This document shows positions 17,672 to 26,239 of a stretch of 64,000 bases of DNA, piece after piece. Origin of the DNA: an uncultured bacterium. GTDB taxonomy: Bacteria > Patescibacteriota > JABMPQ01 > CAVVCK01. Numbering within the stretch: the stretch's first letter is position 1; each line of letters starts with the position of its first letter. The translations under genes were made by a program, and so were the position numbers. Location: assembly GCA_963746775.1 (NCBI GenBank), contig CAVVCK010000001.1, positions 339,050 to 403,049 of the forward strand, in the 5' to 3' direction. Below the pieces are notes generated by a model. It was not told the origin of the DNA. It did not search any database and saw nothing but the letters and a program-made list of their open reading frames with translations.

Positions 17672-19180
17672 TTAAACCAAACTCTCTCCTGTCATCTCCT
17701 TCGGCTTTTCTAAATTCAACATCTTCAATATAGTCGGTGCCACATCCTGCAACCCTCCTTTATTTCTCAAAATTTTAGAATATTTATTACTTATTAATAT
17801 AAACGGCACAGGATTGGTCGTATGAGCAGTCATAGGTTCGCCTGTTTCCATATCTACCATTTCCTCAGCATTACCATGATCAGCTGTAATTATAATATGA
17901 TAGTTTTTCTTCAATCCTTCCCGAACGATATCACCAATTGCTTTATCTATAGTCTCCACCCCTTTAATAATTGGTTTAGGATTAGCTGTATGCCCCACCA
18001 TATCTCCATTACATAAATTGGTAAAAATTACTTCATGTGCTTCGTCTCTAGTATCTTGTATAATTTCACGAGCAATATCCGGAGTACGCATTTCTGGTTT
18101 TTCATCATGGGTTTTTATATCGGAGTACGAATCCAACATTATCCTATCCTCACCTTCCAAGGCCTTCATTTTTTTACAATTTAGAAAATAGGTTAAATGG
18201 TTAAATTTTTCTGTCTCCGTTACACGTAATTGTTTTAAACCTGCTTGAGATATTATTTCACCTAAAGTATTTATAATCTTCTCCGGCTGGAAGGCAACCT
18301 CGCAGTCAAATTCTTCTCTATATTGTGTCATAGTCACATATTTTAAATTCTTTATTTTTGATTTTAAAAATTTATCCGTCATTTGTACTGCTCTATCTGA
18401 TCTAAAGTTTACAAATATTACTGCATCGTTAGATTTAATACAGCCCTCTTCACCTTCACCAATTTCAATATGGCAGGGCCGTATAAATTCATCAGTCTCG
18501 CCTGATTTATAAGCATCATCAATAGCTTCGCAAGCATCTTTATATTTTTTTCCCTCTTTACCAACTAAAATATTGAAGGACTTATCCAAGCGGTCATAAT
18601 TATTATCTCTATCCATAGCATAATATCTGCCCGCAATTGAGGCTATTTTGCCAAATTCAATTTTATCAATATAGTCTTGCAGTTCTCCTACATATTTCTT
18701 AGCGCTCTTAGGTAATGTATCCCGTCCATCCGTAAAAACATGCACTAAAACATTTTTAACACCCATCTTTTTAGCTAAATCCAAAAGAGCATAAAAATGT
18801 TCCTGATGAGAATGTACTCCGCCCGGACTTACCAAACCCTTCAAATGCAAAGTGCTGTTATTTTTCTTAACATGTTCTATAGCTCCTAAAATCGCTTTAT
18901 TTTTTTCAATATCCTTAGATTCAATTGCCTTTTTTATTTTTAATAAATCTTGAAAAATAATTCGGCCTGCACCAATAGTCATATGATTTACTTCCGATGT
19001 ACCCATTTGGCCAACTGGCAACCCCACACTTTCTCCCGAAGCATTTAAAATTGCATAGGGATATTTTTTTAGAAATTTATCATAATTAGGGGTATTGGCT
19101 TGTGCTATAGCGTTATTTTCTGCTTCCTCTAAATAACCCCAGCCATCTAGAATTATTAAAATTAGTCTATCTTTGGTCAT
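17672..19180 (-). CDS. gpmI: 2,3-bisphosphoglycerate-independent phosphoglycerate mutase
   Basis: iPGM N-terminus (LIILDGWGY) and full length ~500 aa. Confidence 0.9.
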   Translation of the reverse strand: MTKDRLILIILDGWGYLEEAENNAIAQANTPNYDKFLKKYPYAILNASGESVGLPVGQMGTSEVNHMTIGAGRIIFQDLLKIKKAIESKDIEKNKAILGAIEHVKKNNSTLHLKGLVSPGGVHSHQEHFYALLDLAKKMGVKNVLVHVFTDGRDTLPKSAKKYVGELQDYIDKIEFGKIASIAGRYYAMDRDNNYDRLDKSFNILVGKEGKKYKDACEAIDDAYKSGETDEFIRPCHIEIGEGEEGCIKSNDAVIFVNFRSDRAVQMTDKFLKSKIKNLKYVTMTQYREEFDCEVAFQPEKIINTLGEIISQAGLKQLRVTETEKFNHLTYFLNCKKMKALEGEDRIMLDSYSDIKTHDEKPEMRTPDIAREIIQDTRDEAHEVIFTNLCNGDMVGHTANPKPIIKGVETIDKAIGDIVREGLKKNYHIIITADHGNAEEMVDMETGEPMTAHTTNPVPFILISNKYSKILRNKGGLQDVAPTILKMLNLEKPKEMTGESLV

Positions 19181-19306
19181 TTTCTATTATTATTAATTAT
19201 ATTCTAAGTATATAGTTTTTTATTAAATATTCAATAATTTCGAAAAGATAATTTTATTTTTTTTACCTTATTATAGCCAATTTTTGACTAGTTTACACTA
19301 AAATCC

Positions 19307-19335
19307 TTGACATAAATACAACTATATGCTATTAT
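19307..19335 (+). promoter_or_regulatory. Near-consensus sigma70 promoter (TTGACA-N17-TATTAT) driving the GC-rich ncRNA island
   Basis: TTGACA at 19307-19312, a 17-bp spacer, then TATTAT at 19330-19335. No protein gene lies downstream on the plus strand. Confidence 0.55.
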
Positions 19336-19389
19336 CTGCAAGTTATGCTTCCAAAATGCATATTTTTCTATTAAATTAGCATTTCATAG

Positions 19390-19787
19390 AAATAACGCAC
19401 ATTGGAAGGGAGGTGGCCGTGTTTTATTACGCGGTCCGGTTCGATTGACGAAGGGCCCTTGCGCCCAACACAAACGTCAAAGAGAAGAACCCGAAAACCA
19501 CAACCGGCTCTCGGCCATCGAGCGACGAACAGCCAGAGCCATAACTGTCCCTTTGGGACAAGGAAGGAAGGTAAAGCACCACCTGTTCTGACATACTCTG
19601 TCTGATCTGCCTGGTGAGCAGAGATGAAAGACAGAGAGAGCTCGTGCATCTGCGCGAGCTACCATCTCCTCCAAAAAAGGAGGTGGATCAGGCACGGTCA
19701 ATGGTGCTGGAGTTTTCTCTCGCAAGAGAGAAATACCCCGAAAAAAAGGGAGGTCACTGAGCTATTGCAGTTCAAACCTCCAGTCTC
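19390..19787 (+). ncRNA. Unclassified structured RNA in a GC-rich island (predicted mature RNA from roughly 19343 to the hammerhead cleavage site at 19787)
   Basis: ~52% GC against ~30% background. Multiple perfect helices are visible: AGCTCGTGC/GCGCGAGCT at 19640-19661, CTCTGTCT/AGACAGAG at 19606-19636, GGCTCT/AGAGCC, GTCCC/GGGAC, and GGAGGT...ACCTCC. Overlapping ORFs on both strands are short and mutually exclusive. The RNase P P4 motif (GGCTTA) and tmRNA termini were not found. Confidence 0.45.
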
Positions 19788-19844
19788 TCCCGCTAAAAGC
19801 GGGACTGATGAGTCCTGATTATACAATTTATAAGGACGAAAGAC
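19783..19844 (+). ncRNA. Candidate type III hammerhead ribozyme at the 3' end of the GC-rich RNA
   Basis: All core positions are present. Stem I is TCCCGC-TAAAA-GCGGGA (19788-19804), followed by CUGAUGA (19805-19811). Stem II is GTCCT...AGGAC (19812-19837) with the G10.1-C11.1 pair. GAAA is at 19838-19841. Stem III is GTC(19783-19785)/GAC(19842-19844) plus the A15.1-U16.1 pair. The cleavage triplet is CUC, with the cut between 19787 and 19788. Stem III is only 4 bp. Confidence 0.45.
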
Positions 19845-19847
19845 CAT

Positions 19848-19875
19848 AAAAAAGAATTTGGTAAAATCCAGGTTC
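19848..19875. terminator. Bidirectional terminator hairpin (AAAAAAGAA...TTCTTTTTT) between the ncRNA and ogt
   Basis: 9-bp A/T-rich stem with T-runs on both strands between convergent transcription units. Confidence 0.4.
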
Positions 19876-19879
19876 TTTT

Positions 19880-20176
19880 TTATTTGAAATTATACAGATA
19901 TTTATTTAAATCAATTTTGCCTGACTTAATTTCTACTCCCTCTTCTTTTAATTTCTCTTTTTTCTTCTTATGCCCCCACCTAAATCCACCTACAAACCCA
20001 TCAGATCTAACTACTCTGTGACAAGGAACCTGCTTACTTCTATTTTTATTCAAAGCATTGCCTACTGCTCGATATGCTTTTGGCATACCTAAAGCTCGAG
20101 CTATTTCTTTATAAGCAGAAACTTTTCCTCTAGGTATTTTTTGCGTAATTTCAAATACTTTTTCTTTAAAATTCAT
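19880..20176 (-). CDS. ogt: Methylated-DNA--protein-cysteine methyltransferase (Ogt/MGMT DNA-binding domain protein)
   Basis: Active-site PCHRVV motif. Confidence 0.85.
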   Translation of the reverse strand: MNFKEKVFEITQKIPRGKVSAYKEIARALGMPKAYRAVGNALNKNRSKQVPCHRVVRSDGFVGGFRWGHKKKKEKLKEEGVEIKSGKIDLNKYLYNFK

Positions 20177-20190
20177 ATGTTAATATAAAA

Positions 20191-20213
20191 GGCAGGATAA
20201 GATCCTGCCCTAC
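20191..20213 (-). terminator. Palindrome family 3 (GTAGGGCAGGATCTTATCCTGCC + T-run on the minus strand); terminator after dfx
   Basis: GC-rich 7-8-bp stem followed by TTTTAT on the minus strand. A second copy at 59662-59684 follows the RND gene. Confidence 0.65.
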
Positions 20214-20239
20214 ACTGTTTTTTATAGCAAAAACATATT

Positions 20240-20617
20240 TTATTCACTTTTCCACAATTCATGAATATTACAATATTCTCGAGCGCTAATATTATCAGCT
20301 TTTACACAAAATTCTGCTTCAGGACTATCACCGGGCTTTAGATATTTACGATAAGTTACTCCATCAGCCTCAATAGCAATCCATTCAATATAATGTTCCT
20401 CCTCCATAGGATGAAGAACTGAGCCAACCTTTACTTTCACGCCATTTTCTGTCTTCTCGATTACCGGCACATGTTTTTCATTGCCTTCGTCTTCACTCTT
20501 CTCTTTTTGCAACTTCATAGGCTCTCCACAACAAACTAATTCTCCTGCACCTCCATGTAATACCTCTACGATATTGCCACAAACTTCACATTTATAAACT
20601 TGTTTTTGTTCTGCCAT
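20240..20617 (-). CDS. dfx: Desulfoferrodoxin (2Fe superoxide reductase)
   Basis: N-terminal desulforedoxin Cys cluster (CEVCGN...VCCGEPM) plus the C-terminal SOR domain (HVPVIE, ...YCNIHELW). Confidence 0.85.
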   Translation of the reverse strand: MAEQKQVYKCEVCGNIVEVLHGGAGELVCCGEPMKLQKEKSEDEGNEKHVPVIEKTENGVKVKVGSVLHPMEEEHYIEWIAIEADGVTYRKYLKPGDSPEAEFCVKADNISAREYCNIHELWKSE

Positions 20618-20742
20618 TTTTTTTTATTTTATTCCTACGAAACCCGTAGGATTTATTAATATATTATTATATCAAAAAATCGATTAACATAAAATATGCT
20701 TCGTACTTCCCTTCGTTCAAGGGAGAGAGGTACGAACTCATA

Positions 20743-20871
20743 TTATTTGTCACACTGGCATTCACTTTTTACTTTACCACATTTTTCACATTTTTCTTCC
20801 ATGTTTTCTCCACAACACTCCTTCATCTCATCTGATTCGGTGTGACAATGTTTACATTTATATTTGTTCAT
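20743..20871 (-). CDS. Unannotated 42-aa Cys-rich small protein (MNKYKCKHCHTESDEMKECCGENMEEKCEKCGKVKSECQCDK)
   Basis: Not in the ORF track (under 60 aa). A strong RBS AAGGAGGTGAT lies 6 nt upstream of the ATG. It has 10 Cys in CxxC/CC/CxxC/CxC spacing, and a hairpin follows the stop. Confidence 0.55.
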   Translation of the reverse strand: MNKYKCKHCHTESDEMKECCGENMEEKCEKCGKVKSECQCDK

Positions 20872-20967
20872 TTTAATCACCTCCTTTGTCTGCCGAAACC
20901 TTAGTGTGAGTGGACATTGCCCACTTTAACTTCAGCCAGGGCTAATTTTTTATATCCCTTTATATAC

Positions 20968-21216
20968 TTAGTTAATTCCTAAAATTTCTGATATCTTTTC
21001 TTTATCAAAACCAATTATAATTTCTTCCTGGCCATCTTTTTCAATCATTATTACCGGCACTGACATTTGTTCTGTTTTTTTCACCATTTCTTCAGCTGCC
21101 TCTCTATTTTTCGCTACATTAATATCAGTATATTCTATCTTATTTTCATCAAAAAACTCTTTAACCATTATACAATAAGGACAAGTTGGAGTCGAATAAA
21201 TTTTTACTTTGAGCAT
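20968..21216 (-). CDS. Glutaredoxin-like protein (NrdH/Grx family, CPYC)
   Basis: TCPYC active site in an 82-aa thioredoxin fold. Confidence 0.8.
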   Translation of the reverse strand: MLKVKIYSTPTCPYCIMVKEFFDENKIEYTDINVAKNREAAEEMVKKTEQMSVPVIMIEKDGQEEIIIGFDKEKISEILGIN

Positions 21217-21242
21217 ATTATTTTTTAATTAATTTATAAATT

Positions 21243-21422
21243 CTATTTCTCCTTGAGTCTGCGACACGAAGGGCAATATTTATGAACATTACTTCTTATT
21301 TTAGCATCTCTTTCTTCCTCGTAATCAAAATCATTTACCCATGTTTCAAATTGTACTTTACACATATCACATTCTCTTTTTATTTTTTCCCCTACGGGAT
21401 TTGTAAAATTATCTTTTTTCAT
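21243..21422 (-). CDS. Unannotated 59-aa zinc-ribbon protein (CDMC...CPSC)
   Basis: Hand translation gives MKKDNFTNPVGEKIKRECDMCKVQFETWVNDFDYEEERDAKIRSNVHKYCPSCRRLKEK. It is one codon under the ORF-track cutoff. Confidence 0.45.
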   Translation of the reverse strand: MKKDNFTNPVGEKIKRECDMCKVQFETWVNDFDYEEERDAKIRSNVHKYCPSCRRLKEK

Positions 21423-21457
21423 ATTTTTATATTTTTAATTTTTTATATTTTTAAATC

Positions 21458-22051
21458 TTAAATTTTTCCTACTAAATTCAAACCTGGTTTTAGAGTCTTG
21501 CCTCCTGGTATCCAATTAACCGGGCAAGCATAACCTTTGTGCTCTGCTGTAAATTTAGCTGCCTGTAATTTTCTCAATATTTCTTCAATATTGCGTCCAA
21601 TATCATTATCATGTATTTCATAAGATTTGATTACACCATGAGGATCAACTATTATAGTGGTACGCAATGACACGCCTTCTTCTTTCAAATAAGTACCCAA
21701 GGCTCTACACATCTTGCCAGCCGGATCTGCCAGCATAGGATATTTAATTTTCTTAATAGCTTCTGAATTATCATGCCAAGCCTTATGGACAAAAACCGTA
21801 TCTGTACTAATACTCACAATTTCCGCTCCCTCGCTTTTAAATTTATTATAATTTTCAGCTGCTGCTTCTAATTCTGTTGGACAAACAAAGGTAAAATCTG
21901 CGGGATAAAATAGCATTATAAGCCACTTGCTTCTATAGTCTGATGGCTTAATCTTCCTAGTCTTACCTTTATAAAATGCTTCTAGCTCTATATCAGGCAC
22001 CATCTGCCCTATAATTGGAATATAATTTTCTTCAAAATATACTTCTTTCAT
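21458..22051 (-). CDS. Peroxiredoxin (AhpC/TSA family)
   Basis: Peroxidatic Cys motif FTFVCPTE. Confidence 0.9.
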   Translation of the reverse strand: MKEVYFEENYIPIIGQMVPDIELEAFYKGKTRKIKPSDYRSKWLIMLFYPADFTFVCPTELEAAAENYNKFKSEGAEIVSISTDTVFVHKAWHDNSEAIKKIKYPMLADPAGKMCRALGTYLKEEGVSLRTTIIVDPHGVIKSYEIHDNDIGRNIEEILRKLQAAKFTAEHKGYACPVNWIPGGKTLKPGLNLVGKI

Positions 22052-22085
22052 AAATTTTTTGTTAACCCCGTAGGGGTGTTTTTAA

Positions 22086-22457
22086 TTAATTATTTTTATT
22101 TTGGCATTTTTTACAAATACCATATAAATAAATTTGATAATTTTTAACTTTACCTACTTTTACACATTTACAATCCAACTTACAGAATTTTCCAAAAAGA
22201 TCATAAATTTTATTACATTTCTCACAAACAAAATGTCCATGAGGTGAAATATCAGCATCAAAATGTGAGATCTCAGTATTTATTTCACAAATCTCACCCT
22301 TTTCTTTAAAATTTTTTAATATTCTATAAACCGTCCCCTGACTGATCTGAGGTAATTTCTTTTTTACATTTTTATAAACCTCCTCAGCCGAAGGATGAGA
22401 TTCAACGCTCTTTAAATAATCAATGATCACTTTCTTTTGATTGGTTAATCTTTCCAT
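22086..22457 (-). CDS. Fur-family transcriptional regulator, PerR-like
   Basis: Winged-helix N-terminus, HFVCEKC...C metal-site motifs, and placement inside an oxidative-stress gene block. Confidence 0.7.
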   Translation of the reverse strand: MERLTNQKKVIIDYLKSVESHPSAEEVYKNVKKKLPQISQGTVYRILKNFKEKGEICEINTEISHFDADISPHGHFVCEKCNKIYDLFGKFCKLDCKCVKVGKVKNYQIYLYGICKKCQNKNN

Positions 22458-22567
22458 ATTTCTTATTAGTAATTATTACTAATTAAATATTATTACTATT
22501 AATATTTTATGTCAAGAAAATTTGTGGATAACTAAAAAATGGGTTATAAACCCATCTCTACGATATC

Positions 22568-22652
22568 GTACATGCAGGTTTGAAACCTGTATTCCCAAAT
22601 ATACGGGTTTTAAACCTGTATTCCTGTACATGCAGGTTTTAAACCTGCATCT
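22568..22652 (-). repeat. REP-like family 1, three tandem units, fused to the trxB stop codon
   Basis: TACATGCAGGTTTGAAACCTGTATTCC, ATACGGGTTTTAAACCTGTATTCC and TGTACATGCAGGTTTTAAACCTGCATCTACC. Confidence 0.8.
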
Positions 22653-23565
22653 ACCTCTTTCCCGCCAAATACCGCGCCACCTTCAACAAGGCCATACACC
22701 CCTGCCCCGCTGATATTACATATTGATATTCATGGCCTGAAGCAACATCACCAGCAGCATATATGCCTGGCACATTAGTTTGCATTTGACAATCAACTTG
22801 AATATGCCCATCTTCATCTAATTCTACTATATCTTTAAAAGACTCCGTATTGGGCCTACGGCCAATTTCTATAATTACTCCTCTAACATTTATCTCTTTT
22901 ACCACTCCTTCTTGTTCAAATTTTAAACCAGATACTATTTTTTCACCTAAAATTTCTTTGGTATCAACATTATATAATATTTCCACTTTAGGATCATTAA
23001 TTGTCCGTTCCATTAAATATTCATGGCCCATTAATTTATCATCACGTACTATCAAATAAATTTTGGAAGCAATATTTTTCATAAAATCAACTGCTTCCAT
23101 AGCTGAATTACCTCCACCAATCACAGCCACCGGCATATCAGGAAATAAGGGGCCATCGCAGATAGCACAATAAGTTACCCCCCGACGAGCAAATTTATCT
23201 TCTCCTGGCACATTTAATTTACGTGATTTAGATCCAGTCGTTATAATTATTGATTTTGTTCTATATTTACTTTTATCAGTAATAACTTCAAAATCTATCC
23301 CTTCTTTTCTGACACTTTTTACATATTCACTAACAATTTCTACTTGATTAATTTCCATTTGCTTCTTCATAATAGATCTCAATTCAATACCAGTCGTCTG
23401 GATAATGCCAGGATAATTTAATATTTCTCCACTAACTAGAAATTGACCACCAAAATCTGGTGCAATGATTTTATAATTCATTCTCTTGCGAGAAGCATAA
23501 ATAGCAGCCGTTAAGCCCGACATACCAGCACCAATAATAATTGTCTCTAATTTATTTTCTTTCAT
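22651..23565 (-). CDS. trxB: Thioredoxin-disulfide reductase
   Basis: FAD motif GAGMSGLTAA, redox-active CAICDG and NADPH-binding GGGNSA. Confidence 0.9.
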   Translation of the reverse strand: MKENKLETIIIGAGMSGLTAAIYASRKRMNYKIIAPDFGGQFLVSGEILNYPGIIQTTGIELRSIMKKQMEINQVEIVSEYVKSVRKEGIDFEVITDKSKYRTKSIIITTGSKSRKLNVPGEDKFARRGVTYCAICDGPLFPDMPVAVIGGGNSAMEAVDFMKNIASKIYLIVRDDKLMGHEYLMERTINDPKVEILYNVDTKEILGEKIVSGLKFEQEGVVKEINVRGVIIEIGRRPNTESFKDIVELDEDGHIQVDCQMQTNVPGIYAAGDVASGHEYQYVISAGQGCMALLKVARYLAGKR

Positions 23566-23653
23566 AAAGCCTTCTTAATTATTTTTTTAAAATATTTAGA
23601 TGAAATAAATTTCAACTTATTTCAATACCAAACCACTTCAACTTTTTCTAAAT

Positions 23654-24238
23654 TTAATAATTCTCACTCTTTAATTGATAATAGCTTCTGGGATGATCAC
23701 AAGAAGGACAAGTCTGAGGTGGTTCCTCACCAAAGTGAACATAACCACACTCCATACAAACCCACCATACTTTCTTTTCTTTTTTAAAAATAGTACCTGC
23801 TTCTATTTGCTCTAATAATTTTTTATATCTTCCTTCGTGGTGCCCTTCAGCCTTAGCAATAGATCTTAGCCGATCAGCTATTCTATTTAATCCATCTTCC
23901 TCTGCCTGCTTAGCAAAATCAGGGTACATTGTATTATATTCATAATTTTCTCCCTCGATAGCTGCTTTTAAATTATCAATAGTTTTGCCATATGTTAATG
24001 GTGCAGTTGCTTCTATTTTAATTTCTTTGAGGTCTTCCCCTAATTTTTTTTTCACTTCCTGAATATGCTCAAACAATCTTTTAGCATGTTCTTTTTCATT
24101 ATCGGCTGTGATTTGAAAAATTTCTCTAATTTGTTCATAGCCTTCTTTACTAGCTAATTTGGCATAAAAAGTATATCTATTACGAGCCTGACTCTCTCCT
24201 ATAAAAGCTTTGGTCAAATTTTCTAATGTTTCTTTCAT
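23654..24238 (-). CDS. rbr: Rubrerythrin
   Basis: Ferritin-like di-iron ExxH motifs plus a C-terminal rubredoxin CMECGY...CPSC. Confidence 0.9.
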   Translation of the reverse strand: MKETLENLTKAFIGESQARNRYTFYAKLASKEGYEQIREIFQITADNEKEHAKRLFEHIQEVKKKLGEDLKEIKIEATAPLTYGKTIDNLKAAIEGENYEYNTMYPDFAKQAEEDGLNRIADRLRSIAKAEGHHEGRYKKLLEQIEAGTIFKKEKKVWWVCMECGYVHFGEEPPQTCPSCDHPRSYYQLKSENY

Positions 24239-24260
24239 TTAATTGCTATTTAAAAAATAT

Positions 24261-25556
24261 TTATTCCCAAATATAGTTTGAAAATCCCCAATTTATCAAA
24301 TCCTCCATGGTCCTCTGTAAATCGCTATAACTATTATCTCCCATTATAACTCCAACGATTTCATGTCCTTCGCTATTTTTTGCCTTAATCATTAAATTAT
24401 AATTTATTCCACCCCAGGAATAAGGTAAATAGCCAGTTTTTCCACCTGTGATATAGAGACTAGAATTTAACAATTTATTAGTATTATTACAGTCCAAATA
24501 TCTACCTGAGTTAGTTGTATAAAATCCGTAGCTTTTAGTTGTGCTAGCTTGCAACATTTCCATTTTTCTATAGGCATAGCTAGATAATTCAGCATAATCT
24601 AGAGCTGAAGATTGATCACGGGAATCAAGTCCAGTCATTTCTACGAAACTAGTATTACTAAGACCCAACACGCTAGCTTTTTCATTCATTTTATTTACGA
24701 AATCTGTTGTTGACATTCCAGTTGACCGAGCCAATGCTTTAGCCGCATTATTTTTTGATCCTACTAATGTGGTATAAAATAAATCACCAGCCCTCACTAC
24801 CTCTCCAGCATAAAAACCTATGCGCGCTCCCTCAGCATCATCGTAAGGAGAAATCATTATTTCTTTATCAAAGCCTGGATTATTTTCCAAAAATATAGTA
24901 GCCGTCATTACTTTGGTCATACTAGCTAGTGGTAATTTTTGGCTACCATTCTTTTCCCATAATACCATGCCACTTTTACTATCTATTAGAGCAGCTGACA
25001 AAGCATTAACATTTATACCTCGGCTCTCACCAATTTTCTCCGGACCATTAGCATTATTTAGGTCTTCAAAAACAGCTACTTTAGAATAAGGAAAATGGAT
25101 ATAGGCTCTGGCTTCTTTATTATTATAATCAACCTGGGTAGGTATAGCTTGCCACTCATTCGTTACTCGATTATAAAAATTTATTTCTTTTTTATAAATA
25201 CTATCAGAATCATATTTTATCGCTAAAACAATCGGATCATCCAGCACATAAGGTTTATCCATGGAAATATTATATAAATAAAGATCACTAATTAATTTTT
25301 TTTCTTCGGGCATATTTTCTACTTCATTTTCATCTAATTTCTCTAGCTTTATGGAAGATTCCTCTTTAAAAACATTAGGAAATATACCTACTCGAAATTC
25401 CTGATCTAGCAAATCAACCGTATACCCTTTTACTATAGTTTTAGCATCTAAATGAATGCGGCGAGTTATGGTTTCAGCTGAAGATATTGAGGGAAATAAC
25501 AAAAATATACCCAAAATGACTAGACTTAAAATTTTTGATTTTCTTTTTATTTTCAT
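24261..25556 (-). CDS. D-alanyl-D-alanine carboxypeptidase (S11 family serine peptidase) with an N-terminal extra domain
   Basis: Signal peptide, SxxK motif ASMTK, SGN-like and KTG motifs. Confidence 0.7.
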   Translation of the reverse strand: MKIKRKSKILSLVILGIFLLFPSISSAETITRRIHLDAKTIVKGYTVDLLDQEFRVGIFPNVFKEESSIKLEKLDENEVENMPEEKKLISDLYLYNISMDKPYVLDDPIVLAIKYDSDSIYKKEINFYNRVTNEWQAIPTQVDYNNKEARAYIHFPYSKVAVFEDLNNANGPEKIGESRGINVNALSAALIDSKSGMVLWEKNGSQKLPLASMTKVMTATIFLENNPGFDKEIMISPYDDAEGARIGFYAGEVVRAGDLFYTTLVGSKNNAAKALARSTGMSTTDFVNKMNEKASVLGLSNTSFVEMTGLDSRDQSSALDYAELSSYAYRKMEMLQASTTKSYGFYTTNSGRYLDCNNTNKLLNSSLYITGGKTGYLPYSWGGINYNLMIKAKNSEGHEIVGVIMGDNSYSDLQRTMEDLINWGFSNYIWE

Positions 25557-25698
25557 ATTTTTAAAAAATTACTTTAAATACATAATAACACATTTTTACC
25601 AATATCCCCACCTTCTATTGTACTTTTAATATAAAGATGTATACTATATTTGAGGTAGGTTCATTCATTGAATCTCTTTTTTAGAAATCCAATAATGA

Positions 25699-26019
25699 GT
25701 GGTCGGCCTACAATTTAGTAATCAATATTCAAAAATGGAAAACAAGAAATTATACGTTGGAAATTTATCATACGACACTACTGAAGAAAGTTTAAAAACT
25801 ACTTTTTCAGAAGCAGGTACAGTTGAGACAGCAAACATCATTGTTGATAAATACACCAATCGTTCTAAAGGTTTTGGATTCGTTGAGATGTCTACTCCAG
25901 AAGAAGCTCAAAAAGCTATCGAATTATTCGATGGTAAAGAGCTTGATGGAAGAAATCTTAAAGTAAACGAAGCTAAGCCAATGGAAAAAAGAGCTCCTAG
26001 AGATGATTTTAATCGTTAA
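25699..26019 (+). CDS. RNA-binding protein (RRM domain)
   Basis: RNP2 LYVGNL and RNP1 KGFGFVEM. Confidence 0.85.
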   Translation: MVGLQFSNQYSKMENKKLYVGNLSYDTTEESLKTTFSEAGTVETANIIVDKYTNRSKGFGFVEMSTPEEAQKAIELFDGKELDGRNLKVNEAKPMEKRAPRDDFNR

Positions 26020-26080
26020 ACCTTTGCTTTTTAAGCTACGGTTTACTAAGTAAGGTTAAGATTTAAATAGGTAAGACTCA

Positions 26081-26108
26081 AAAACCCCGCTAATTGCGGG
26101 GTTTTTAT
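26081..26108 (+). terminator. Rho-independent terminator (CCCCGC TAATT GCGGGG TTTTT)
   Basis: GC-rich hairpin plus a T-run downstream of the RRM gene. Confidence 0.8.
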
Positions 26109-26239
26109 TATATACTCAATTATTTAAGTAAAGAAAAAGATATCCTATAGCTACTGTCTTTATTTAATTCAAATTCGGATAAAAAATAAACGTTTTTAAA
26201 ATATTAAAATTTAGAATTAAAAAAACGAAGGGGTATGAA

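Noticed and set aside
19390-19787. Attempted assignment of the GC-rich RNA to RNase P RNA, tmRNA, SRP RNA, or a 23S rRNA 5'-domain fragment
   Set aside because: The RNase P P4 3' strand (ACAGAAnCCGGCUUA) is absent on both strands. There is no tmRNA acceptor/UUCGAC 5' end and no T-arm/CCA 3' end. Only a short GGAAGGAAG resemblance to SRP domain IV is present. The GAUGAAAGAC and UACCCCGAAAAAAGG matches to 23S motifs are short and lack the surrounding conserved context. The RNA is left unclassified.
19371-19818. Four overlapping ORFs on both strands of the GC-rich island: 19371-19649(-), 19402-19605(+), 19477-19725(-) and 19624-19818(+)
   Set aside because: They are mutually overlapping, Arg/Pro/Gly-rich because of the high GC, and have no RBS. 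The region folds into extensive perfect helices, which fits RNA better than protein.
20628-20660. CCTACGAAACCCGTAGG palindrome considered as a rho-independent terminator
   Set aside because: It has no adjacent T-run on either strand. It is listed with the GTAG-type palindromes instead.
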